Source: an uncultured Clostridia bacterium (GTDB lineage Bacteria > Bacillota > Clostridia > Christensenellales > Aristaeellaceae). Taken from it: 64,000 nt of DNA. A model generated the notes under the pieces. That model did not search any database. It saw only the letters and a program-made list of their open reading frames with translations, and was not told the origin of the DNA. Position 1 is the stretch's first letter. Each line of letters opens with the position of its first letter. The DNA is taken from NCBI GenBank assembly GCA_934675735.1, contig CAKURR010000013.1, forward strand, positions 11,277-75,276, read 5' to 3'. Position numbers and translations under genes: made by a program. Shown piece by piece: positions 51,898 through 60,594 of this stretch.

Positions 51898-52037
51898 AAA
51901 ATACCCCCAATACCGGGTGTCCGGTATTAGGGGGACATATCAAAATTCTTTCCGTTTTTTCATTTTGGATTTTCCGGTTTGCCTTTTGGCGTTCGGCGCG
52001 ATATAATGAAGAAACGCTCTTAGAAGGGGAGGATTTC

Positions 52038-53348
52038 ATGCAGGACTTATTTTCATCCAAAGAAGCGGCGCTCAGCCCGCTGGCCGACCGCATGCGCCCG
52101 CGAACGCTGGATGAGTTCATCGGTCAGGGGCACATCGTCGGGCCGGGACGGCTGCTCCGCCGCGCCATCGAGGCCGACCGCATGACCTCTTCCATCTTCT
52201 ACGGCCCGCCGGGTTGCGGCAAAACGACACTCGCCTCCATCATCGCCAACACGACGCATTCCGCTTTCGTGCAGCTCAACGCCGTGACCAGCGGCGTGGC
52301 AGACGTTCGCCAGGTCATCAAAGAGGCGCAGGACAGGCGCAGCCTGTACGGGCAGGCGACGTATCTGCTGCTGGACGAATGCCACAGGTGGAGCAAGTCG
52401 CAGAGCGACAGCATCCTGCCCGCCATCGAGCGCGGCGTGGTGCGTTTCATCGGCTCGACGACGGAAAACCCGCTGGTGTCGATGACGCCGGCCATCGTGA
52501 GCCGGTGCCGCATCTTTCAATTCTATCCGCTCGGCGAAGCGGATGTGATGCTCGCCATGCGCCGCGCGCTGGCCGACAAGGAACGCGGTTTCGGCGGCAC
52601 GCGCGTGCAGATGGACGAGGACGCAATGCGCCACATCGCGCGAATCGCCAACGGCGACGTGCGTTCGGCGCTCGGCGCGCTGGAGCTGGCCGTGCTGACG
52701 ACCGAGCCGAGCGACGACGGCGCGATTCACGTGACGATGGAGGTTGCGGAGGAATCCATCCAGAAGCCGGTCATTCGCTGCGACGAATCGCTGTATTACG
52801 ACATGCTCTCGGCGTTCTGCAAGAGTCTGCGCGGCAGCGACGCGGATGCGGCGATGGCGTGGTTTGCGCGGCTTTTATACGCGGGCGTTGACCCGCGGCT
52901 GATTGCGCGGCGCATCATCGCGCACGCGAGCGAGGACGTGGGCCTGGCGAACCCGACGGCGATGCTGCAAGCCGTCGCCGCGTCTCAGGCGCTGGAAGCG
53001 GTCGGTCTGCCGGAAGCGCGGTTATCGATGGCCCAGGCGATTATCGCCATCTGCGAAAGCCCGAAATCGAACTCGGTCGTCATGGCGCTGGACCAATCCG
53101 TCGCGGACGCGGAGAAGGGCGGTTTCGGCCCCGTGCCGATTCATCTGCGGGACACACACTACGCCGGGCACGAGCGTTTGGGCAGCGGTGCGGCCTACAA
53201 ATACCCGCACGACTACCCCGGCCACTGGGTCAAGCAGGATTACATGCCGCCGGAGGTCAAGGGCCGCCGCTACTACGTTCCGTCCGATCAGGGGCAGGAG
53301 CTGAAGCTGCGCGAGCGCCGCAAAACGAGAGGGATTGTGGACCCGTGA
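52038..53348 (+). CDS. rarA: replication-associated recombination protein A (AAA+ ATPase)
   Basis: RPRTLDEFIGQGHIVG, Walker A GPPGCGKTT, Walker B LLLDECHRW and the MgsA C-terminal domain (YLPDE-like HLRDTHYAGHERLGSGAAYKYPHDY). Confidence 0.9.
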   Translation: MQDLFSSKEAALSPLADRMRPRTLDEFIGQGHIVGPGRLLRRAIEADRMTSSIFYGPPGCGKTTLASIIANTTHSAFVQLNAVTSGVADVRQVIKEAQDRRSLYGQATYLLLDECHRWSKSQSDSILPAIERGVVRFIGSTTENPLVSMTPAIVSRCRIFQFYPLGEADVMLAMRRALADKERGFGGTRVQMDEDAMRHIARIANGDVRSALGALELAVLTTEPSDDGAIHVTMEVAEESIQKPVIRCDESLYYDMLSAFCKSLRGSDADAAMAWFARLLYAGVDPRLIARRIIAHASEDVGLANPTAMLQAVAASQALEAVGLPEARLSMAQAIIAICESPKSNSVVMALDQSVADAEKGGFGPVPIHLRDTHYAGHERLGSGAAYKYPHDYPGHWVKQDYMPPEVKGRRYYVPSDQGQELKLRERRKTRGIVDP

Positions 53349-53474
53349 GGGCTGGGGAACGTTGGGACGCTGAAACGGGAAACTCGCATAGTCGCCTTTG
53401 GCTCCTTGCGATTTCCGATTTTCGCCGCGCTGAGCCCCGCACAGCGGGCGCGCGGCTTCAATCCCCAAACCCTG

Positions 53475-53502
53475 CCAAGAACCTGAGGTTCTTGGATTTC
53501 CC
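53475..53502 (+). repeat. 28-mer CCAAGAACCTGAGGTTCTTGGATTTCCC, copy 3
   Basis: Exact match. Confidence 0.95.
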
Positions 53503-53712
53503 ATTTTTGAGTGCTTCGCACTCAAACGAAGAAAATTCATGTTTCCATCTTCGTTCTTTTCAAAAACAGTTTTCCTGCATTGACAGTCATTTTTGTGTTT
53601 GTTATAATAAACGCATCTTTATAGACTCTGCACGTCGTCCCCATGCAATTCGGAAAAAGCTGCTCAGGCAGCTCTTTCTTTTGGCAGATGCTTTTCAGGG
53701 AGGATTTTTCGC

Positions 53713-54657
53713 TTGAAAAACCTGTTTGTTTCCCGCGCGGGCGATTCGCTCATCAACGTCACCCAGAACCGAAACTCCTATCGCCTGCTCGCCAATTTCG
53801 ACAACACCAACGTCATTCTGCTGCAAATCGGCGCGGGTTCGGTGGTCTGGCTCACGCCCGACCCGTCCCGCCCCGCCTATCTGGAATATTACACGCTGCT
53901 GACGGGGCGGCTGACGCTGCACAGCGAGCCGGATGCGGATCAGGAACTTCTGCCCGGCGACTCGTTTTACACCACGGGCATCGACCGCGACATCTCCGTC
54001 ACGCCGCTGACCGACGTGCGCCTGCTGTGCTTCACCTCGCAGCCCGTTTTCGACGATTTCATGGGATTTGTCAACGACCTTAACGATTTGAACGCGCAAA
54101 TCAACCGCAAGGACCATTACACCTACAACCACAGCCGCCGCGTCATGCGCTTCACCGAGGCGCTCTGTCATCGGCTGAACGTCCCGTCCGAAGCGACGCA
54201 CACGCTGCTGCTCGCCGCGCTGTATCACGACGTCGGCAAGTGCTACCAGTCCACGGAAATCCTCTCCAAGCCCGGCCGCCTGACCGACGCGGAATACGAG
54301 ACCATCAAGCGCCACCCCATCGACAGCTATAACCTGCTCGCCGCGCGCTTTCCCAAGGCCGTCGCGCAAATCGCGCGCAGCCACCACGAGCGGCTGGACG
54401 GAAGCGGCTACCCCGACCACCTGACGGCCGACCAAATGCCGCTTGAGGTCCGCATTCTTTCCGTCGCGGATACCTTCGACGCGATGACCTCCGACCGCCC
54501 ATATAAGAAGGGCATCCCGACGCGGCGCGCCATTTCCGAGCTGATGACGATGACGAATCAATACGACAAAGACGTGCTCGCCGCGCTCAAGACCATCGTG
54601 GACGACGGCACAGCGGATAAAATCTGCCGCATCGGCCTGGAGGATGACCGCCCATGA
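53713..54657 (+). CDS. HD-GYP domain protein with N-terminal cupin-like domain
   Basis: Motifs HSRRV..LYHDVGK and HHERLDGSGYPDHL. TTG start 8 nt after AGGGAGGA. Confidence 0.8.
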   Translation: MKNLFVSRAGDSLINVTQNRNSYRLLANFDNTNVILLQIGAGSVVWLTPDPSRPAYLEYYTLLTGRLTLHSEPDADQELLPGDSFYTTGIDRDISVTPLTDVRLLCFTSQPVFDDFMGFVNDLNDLNAQINRKDHYTYNHSRRVMRFTEALCHRLNVPSEATHTLLLAALYHDVGKCYQSTEILSKPGRLTDAEYETIKRHPIDSYNLLAARFPKAVAQIARSHHERLDGSGYPDHLTADQMPLEVRILSVADTFDAMTSDRPYKKGIPTRRAISELMTMTNQYDKDVLAALKTIVDDGTADKICRIGLEDDRP

Positions 54658-55610
54658 CCGTCTATTTCGCGCCGCTCGAAGGGGTGACGGACGCGGTTTT
54701 CCGTCGGATTCACCGCGAATGCTTCACGGGCGTTTCAAAATACTTCATTCCGTTCGTCAGCCCGACGCAGAACCTCGCCTTTACGTCGCGCGACCTCGCC
54801 GCCGTCGCGCCGGAAAAGAACGTCGGCGTGCCCGCCGTGCCCCAGCTGCTCGCTAAGGACGCGGCGCTGTTTGTGTGGGCGGCGCGGGAACTGCGCGACA
54901 TGGGCTATGACGAGGTCAACCTGAATCTCGGCTGCCCCTCCGGCACGGTGACGGCCAAGGGCAAGGGTTCGGGCCTTCTGGCGGATGTGCCCGCGCTCGA
55001 GCGCCTGCTCGACGGCATTTTTGAAAAAACGCCGATTCCCGTCTCCGTCAAAACGAGAATCGGCTATGTCCATGCCGAAGAATTTGACCGTCTGCTCGAC
55101 GTGTTCGCGCGCTATCCCATCCGCGAACTCATCGTTCATCCGCGCACGCGCGCCGAGTTTTACAAGGGCGCGCCCCACGCGGACGCGTTTGCCAAGGCCC
55201 ATGCCGCGCTCAACCTGCCCCTTTGCTATAACGGCGATTTGTTTTCCACAGAGGATTGCGCCGCGCTCATGCGGCGGTTTCCGAACACCCATGCGCTGAT
55301 GCTCGGGCGCGGTCTCATCGCCAACCCCGCGCTGGCGCAGACGCTGAGCGGCGGCACGGCGCTGGATAAAACCATGCTGCGTGCCTTTCACGACCGCCTG
55401 CTGGATGCGTATGCCGCGCAGTATCCGCCGCACGTCACGCTCGGGCGCATGCGCGAAATCGCAAAGCATTTCGTCTGCTGCTTTGAAAATCCCGAAAAGC
55501 CGCGCAAGGCCATCCGCAAGGCAAATCGGATAGACGCCTATCTCGAAGCCGTCAATCGGCTGTTTGATGAGCATGAACTCGCGGTCTGCCCGCGGTTTAT
55601 ACCGGATTAA
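54654..55610 (+). CDS. tRNA-dihydrouridine synthase family protein
   Basis: MTVYFAPLEGVTDAVFR..VNLNLGCPSGTVTAKGKGSGLL..VKTRIG is a Dus TIM-barrel signature. The ATG overlaps the upstream stop as ATGA. Confidence 0.8.
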   Translation: MTVYFAPLEGVTDAVFRRIHRECFTGVSKYFIPFVSPTQNLAFTSRDLAAVAPEKNVGVPAVPQLLAKDAALFVWAARELRDMGYDEVNLNLGCPSGTVTAKGKGSGLLADVPALERLLDGIFEKTPIPVSVKTRIGYVHAEEFDRLLDVFARYPIRELIVHPRTRAEFYKGAPHADAFAKAHAALNLPLCYNGDLFSTEDCAALMRRFPNTHALMLGRGLIANPALAQTLSGGTALDKTMLRAFHDRLLDAYAAQYPPHVTLGRMREIAKHFVCCFENPEKPRKAIRKANRIDAYLEAVNRLFDEHELAVCPRFIPD

Positions 55611-55651
55611 GGATAAAAGCGCCGCTCTGCTTTCTTGCAGAGCGGCATTTT

Positions 55652-57019
55652 TTACCCCGATATTTCCTCTTCCCCCAACCTCTTATACGCCGTGCACATC
55701 ATGGTGATATAGCACGCCAAACCGCCGACGACGTTGGAGACCGGCTCGGCCAAAAACACGCCCGCCGTGCCCAGCCCCATCGCGGGCAGAAGCAGCGTGA
55801 GCGGCACGACGATGACCACCTTGCGCAGCAGCGAGAAGGTGACGGCGTATTTCGCCCAGCCCAGCGACTGGAACGTGCTCTGCCCGCAGAACTGGAAGCT
55901 CTGGAAGAAGAAGCCCGCAAAATACAGCCGCATCATCTTCACGCTGGCCTCGACCAGCGCCTCATCCGGCGTGAAGGCTTCGCACAGAATCCGCGGCCAA
56001 ATCATGGAAACCAGCCACGCGCAGAGGGTGTAGCCCATCGTGACGGCGGACATAAACCGAATGCCCGATCGAACGCGCCGCATCTGCCGCGCGCCGTAGT
56101 TATAGCTGAGCACGGGGCGCGCGCCCTCGGTGATGCCGCTGACGGGCAGGGTAATCACCTCGCGGATGGAGTTGATAATCGTCATCACGCCGACATACAG
56201 GTCTCCGCCGTAAATCGAGAGCATCTTGTTGCAGGCCACCTGCACCAGCGAATTGGTGAATTTCATGATGAACCCGACCACGCCCAGGCTGAGGATATCC
56301 TTCAGCAGGAAGGTGCAGATTCGCGCCCTGCGCATATTCAGCGGCAGAATCGCCCGCTCGCCGGAGAGGAAGCGCAGCACCCAGATGCAGCTGACCGCCT
56401 GACTGATGACCGTCGCCACAGCCGCGCCCGTCACGCCCATGTTGAACACATAGATGAACAGCGGGTCGAGCACAAGGTTCATCGCCGCGCCCAGCACCGT
56501 GGTCATCATACCGATTTTGGGGCAGCCCTGCGCGTTGATGAAGGGGTTCAGCCCCGTGGCCAGCATGGTGAACGGCGTGCCGAGCAGATAGACCTTCAGA
56601 TACGCATCCGCATAGACAAATGAATCCTCGCTCGCGCCGAACAGAAACAGCAGCGGCCGCCTGACCGCGTAGCACAGCGCCATCAGCGCCAGCGACGAGA
56701 CGAGCAGCAGCGCAAACACCGTGCTCTGGATTTGCAGCGCGCGCTCTTCGTCCTTCCGCCCCCGCGCCATCGCGAAAATCGGCGCGCCGCCCGAGCTGTA
56801 CAGGCTGGTGAACGCGCCGACGATGGATACAATCGGGAAAATCAGCCCGACGCCGGTCAGCGCCAGCGTGTTGCCGTCCGGCAGGTGGCCCAAAAAGATA
56901 CGGTCTACGATGTTATACAGCATCTGCACAATCTCGGCCAGGCTCAGCGGGATGGCCTGCGCCATGATGCGCGAGCCGATGCTGCCTTGCGAGAAATCCG
57001 CCGTGTTCTGCTTATTCAA
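55652..57019 (-). CDS. MATE-family efflux transporter
   Basis: 455 aa, 12-TM pattern. The N-terminus has GSIGSRIMAQAIPLSLAEIVQMLYNIVDRIFLG. Confidence 0.9.
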   Translation of the reverse strand: MNKQNTADFSQGSIGSRIMAQAIPLSLAEIVQMLYNIVDRIFLGHLPDGNTLALTGVGLIFPIVSIVGAFTSLYSSGGAPIFAMARGRKDEERALQIQSTVFALLLVSSLALMALCYAVRRPLLFLFGASEDSFVYADAYLKVYLLGTPFTMLATGLNPFINAQGCPKIGMMTTVLGAAMNLVLDPLFIYVFNMGVTGAAVATVISQAVSCIWVLRFLSGERAILPLNMRRARICTFLLKDILSLGVVGFIMKFTNSLVQVACNKMLSIYGGDLYVGVMTIINSIREVITLPVSGITEGARPVLSYNYGARQMRRVRSGIRFMSAVTMGYTLCAWLVSMIWPRILCEAFTPDEALVEASVKMMRLYFAGFFFQSFQFCGQSTFQSLGWAKYAVTFSLLRKVVIVVPLTLLLPAMGLGTAGVFLAEPVSNVVGGLACYITMMCTAYKRLGEEEISG

Positions 57020-57082
57020 AGGGGAACGCCTCCGATTTCGGTCTTTTTTCAGTCTTTTTTCATTGTATCATGCGCAAGCGGG

Positions 57083-57616
57083 TTAAACAAGAGCGGGCAG
57101 GGATTCCTCCGGCGCGACGCTCACCCATTCATCCCCCACGCGCACATACGCGCCCTCCGCCCCCAGCGCGGGCAGCTGCGCTTCGTCGGCCGTGCGCCCG
57201 TCGGCGGCATAGAGCCAGACATGCTCTTCGTGATGCGCGGACAAGCCGAAGGAGGCATAGCGCTCCGCCCCGCTTGCGCCATGCTTGCCCGCCAGATACA
57301 CGCTCAGGCTTTCACCGCTGTGAAGCACCGTGCCGCTTTCAAAGACATATTTCACCTTGTAGACGCGGTCGGCCAGCCCCCAGCCGGATAGATCCGCGTC
57401 GTCATCGCCGAAGTTGGTCAGCGTGATGAAGCCCATCGCCCGCCCGTCGGCGTTGGTTTGGGTTGTATGCGGTCGAATTTCGGTGAGCCGCACGTCGGGC
57501 AGGGGCGCTTCCTCTTCGGGCTTGTCGCCCGCCGTCAGCAAAAGGACGGCGGCGATGAGCGCCGCGAACAGGGCAATCAGACCGATATTCTTCTTTTCAA
57601 AGATGATGTTTTTCAT
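57083..57616 (-). CDS. membrane-anchored lamin-tail-domain (LTD) protein
   Basis: Start at ATG 57616 (AAAGGAACGGTC upstream). One N-terminal TM helix, then VRLTEIRP..GFITLTNFGDDDADLSGWGLAD, an LTD-type beta sandwich. Confidence 0.6.
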   Translation of the reverse strand: MKNIIFEKKNIGLIALFAALIAAVLLLTAGDKPEEEAPLPDVRLTEIRPHTTQTNADGRAMGFITLTNFGDDDADLSGWGLADRVYKVKYVFESGTVLHSGESLSVYLAGKHGASGAERYASFGLSAHHEEHVWLYAADGRTADEAQLPALGAEGAYVRVGDEWVSVAPEESLPALV

Positions 57617-57800
57617 GACCGTTCCTTTGATTCGCTCGGGAAATGATGCATGCGCAAATTCGATTCCGAAGGCCAAAACCCCTCGCTCGTTTTTTGCTCG
57701 AAAACAAAAGTCTCTGCCTGCATGATACGCCCGCGGGACAAAAAAATCAAGCCGCGCTTTTGCGTCGGCCTGACAGTTTAGCATGAAAAGGGGTTCGCTT

Positions 57801-59303
57801 TTACGCATTTTCCGCAATTTCAATCAGCTCGTTCAGGGTTTTAAGCGTCTCCCGCGGCGGGAGCACCTTGCTTTCCAGCAAATCCTGCATGAAAAACTCT
57901 TTATACTTTCGGCTGAACTCGGGCTGGGTAATCAGCGCTTCCGCGTGCGCGCCGGAGAAATCGTAATCCGTGTCGGCGACGGTGAGCATCGTTCCCACGC
58001 CCTCATACAGACAGATTTCCGTGCGCGGCTGATGATATTCGGGCTGAAAGAAATAGAGTGAGAAATACGGGTTTTCGGCATGCTGTTCTCTCAAATGCCG
58101 CAGAATCCGGACGCGCTCCTCCGGGGTAAACGGGCGAATGGCGAAGAAATGATCGCTCTCTCTGCCCGTCCGCGCGAACTGCTCCATCGCCTGTTTGGAA
58201 AAGATGGTGTGCGTCGGGCGGCGCTTTTGAAAATAGTTGTCAAACCGCTTCTTGTGCACCTCGTAAAACTGCCCGATGAGCGCGTCAAGCTCGCTGTCCT
58301 TGGCGAACCCCTGCTCGATAAAGCCGTCCCGCGCGGGGCCGACGAGCACCTCGGGCGCGATAAAGTTAATCGGCACGTCGAGCTTGATATCATACACGCC
58401 GCGGCCGCGTTCCAGCTTCCAAAAGCTTTTGGTGTAGGCCAGATAATCCTCCGGCGCGTGGTTGAGCGAAAAGCTGCTCTTAATCGGGTGCATCTTGGGG
58501 CGGTCCTCGCGCATCATCCGTTCCAGAATGGCGATATTGCGCTCGTCGGCCAGGCCGATGGAAATCATGCGCCGCGGGTCAATCATCACGACCATGAACG
58601 TCTGTTTCCGCCCTTCGGCGTCCTCGCAGCGGGCGGCGATGGTGTTGCAGCGGTAGACCTGTTCGCGCTGCTCGTTGAACAGGTTTTCCTCGATGCAGTA
58701 GCCCTGATACGTCGGCAGATAGAGCACGGGCTGAATGGCCGAAACGCAGCTGATGATTTCGTCCCCGCCGGTATACATATAGTGTTCGATGCTCAATTCG
58801 CACGCGCTGCCCGCAAACGCGGCGGCGATGCGCTCAAACACGGCGCGGTAGCAGCAGCCGGTGATGGTGAAATGCACGCGCTTATACTGCTCGGCCAGCC
58901 GCTCCATCGCCTCGCGAAAAGTGGTAACCGTGCCGTCGATGCTGCGGTCGATGCGGAAGGGCGTCTCCGGCGCGGGCGGGCTGTCCACATCGCCCAGCAG
59001 CCTGTGCATGGCCAGATTGGTCATGTAGCCCGTCGGGCCGACGCGGCTGACCTCCAGCGCCTCTTCCAGCGCGCGCTGCTCCTCCCGCGTCAGGTTCAGG
59101 CAGCCGCTCTCCTTCAAACTCGCCCAAAACGCCGCCTGTACGGCGTATCCGCTGGTGTCATCCAGAATGCGGAACATGCTGTTGCGGCTCTTCTGCTCCA
59201 TCATGCGGGACAGCGCCGAGGCGGAGAGTTTGCGCTTGTTGAGTATCTCCTTGAGGCACTGGCCGAATGTGAGCAACGGGCGGGCTGCGGGCGCTGCCTT
59301 CAT
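57801..59303 (-). CDS. 500-aa protein with N-terminal XRE-type HTH and a large uncharacterised C-terminal region
   Basis: LTFGQCLKEILNKRKLSASALSRMMEQKSRNSMFRIL is HTH-like. I recognise no domain in the remaining ~430 aa. Confidence 0.6.
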   Translation of the reverse strand: MKAAPAARPLLTFGQCLKEILNKRKLSASALSRMMEQKSRNSMFRILDDTSGYAVQAAFWASLKESGCLNLTREEQRALEEALEVSRVGPTGYMTNLAMHRLLGDVDSPPAPETPFRIDRSIDGTVTTFREAMERLAEQYKRVHFTITGCCYRAVFERIAAAFAGSACELSIEHYMYTGGDEIISCVSAIQPVLYLPTYQGYCIEENLFNEQREQVYRCNTIAARCEDAEGRKQTFMVVMIDPRRMISIGLADERNIAILERMMREDRPKMHPIKSSFSLNHAPEDYLAYTKSFWKLERGRGVYDIKLDVPINFIAPEVLVGPARDGFIEQGFAKDSELDALIGQFYEVHKKRFDNYFQKRRPTHTIFSKQAMEQFARTGRESDHFFAIRPFTPEERVRILRHLREQHAENPYFSLYFFQPEYHQPRTEICLYEGVGTMLTVADTDYDFSGAHAEALITQPEFSRKYKEFFMQDLLESKVLPPRETLKTLNELIEIAENA

Positions 59304-59432
59304 GGTATCAAGTCCTTCCGTGGGTCATGATATTTGATTATACCCGAGATTGCCCGGCAAATCAACGCACGAGCACGCAAATAACGGACGGCTCATTTCC
59401 TAAAAAATGTAGGAAATCAGCCGTCCGCCTTT

Positions 59433-60521
59433 TTATTGCGCGCAGCGCCGAACGATATCGGCCATCTGCGCCCGGTTTTCCTCCATATGGCGCACCAGCT
59501 CAAACTGCGTGCGCGCGCGGTCGAGGTTGTGGCCCTCGCGGTGCACGCGGAAATACTTGTCGCCGTTCAGATAGTCGGCCAGAAAGCGCATGCCGCATTC
59601 CAGCGTCATCAGCTTCGCGCCCATCGGCAGCAGCTCGATTTCGCGCGCGTTCAGGGCCTGCCCGGCCTCTTTCAAAAAGCCGCGGGTAAACGCCTCGAAC
59701 ATCGTCAGCGAAAGCTGCACGCGGCTCAGATCCGGTTCGTCCTCCGCCGCCGTGCTCGCGCCGAAGCGGATGGAATCGCCGAAGTCATACGCCGCCAGAC
59801 CGGGCATCACCGTGTCCAAATCGATAACGCACACGCCGCGCCCCGTCTCGCTGTCGAGCAGCACGTTGTTGAGCTTGGTGTCGTTGTGGGTCACGCGCAG
59901 CGGGATTTCTCCGTTTTTCAGCGCGTCGAGCAGGGTGTGCACCTCGCGCTCATACTTGCGGCAGAAGTCGATTTCCGCCTGAACCTCGCCCAGCCGCCCC
60001 GCCTCGTTGCGCGCAATCGCGTCCTGAAGCTGTCGGTAGCGCGCAGGGGTGTTGTGGAAATCGTGAATCGTCTCATGCAGCGAATCCGCGGGGAACGCGC
60101 CCATCTGCCGCTGGAATTTGCCGAAGGCCTCGCCCGAAAGCTCAAACAGCTCGGGCGTATCCGGCAGATCGCGGGAAATCGTGTCCTCGATGAACAAATA
60201 CATGCGCCACAGGCCGCCCTCCGCGTCGTAGGCGAAGTATTCGCCCCGATGCGTCTTGACCAGTGTCAGCGTCTCGCGCTCGGGGTCGCCCCCCTCCCGC
60301 GCAATCTGCGCCTTGAGGAACGCGGTCACGCGCTCGATGTTTTCAATCACGTCCTCCGGCTTGGGAAAGACGTAGCTGTTGACGCGCTGGAGAATAAAAC
60401 GCTTCTCCCCCGTCGTGACCCGATAGGTGTCGTTGATGTGGCCGTTGCCATACGGCTCAGCCGTCCACGCGCCGTCCGGAATATCAAACTGAATGACGAC
60501 GCTTTCGATATGCTGATTCAT
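59433..60521 (-). CDS. nahK: N-acetylhexosamine 1-kinase (NahK/LnpB family)
   Basis: Long collinear similarity to Bifidobacterium NahK as I recall it: PYGNGHINDTYRV, RFILQRVN, PLRVTHNDTKLNNVLLD, VIDLDTVMPG, FDFGDSIRFGASTA and ECGMRFLADYLNGD. Confidence 0.85.
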   Translation of the reverse strand: MNQHIESVVIQFDIPDGAWTAEPYGNGHINDTYRVTTGEKRFILQRVNSYVFPKPEDVIENIERVTAFLKAQIAREGGDPERETLTLVKTHRGEYFAYDAEGGLWRMYLFIEDTISRDLPDTPELFELSGEAFGKFQRQMGAFPADSLHETIHDFHNTPARYRQLQDAIARNEAGRLGEVQAEIDFCRKYEREVHTLLDALKNGEIPLRVTHNDTKLNNVLLDSETGRGVCVIDLDTVMPGLAAYDFGDSIRFGASTAAEDEPDLSRVQLSLTMFEAFTRGFLKEAGQALNAREIELLPMGAKLMTLECGMRFLADYLNGDKYFRVHREGHNLDRARTQFELVRHMEENRAQMADIVRRCAQ

Positions 60522-60594
60522 GTTAATCGCCCTCTCGGCCGCCCGAAGGCGGCGGCTTCCTCCTTCGCGGAAGCTCCTTGATTCACACTTTGAA

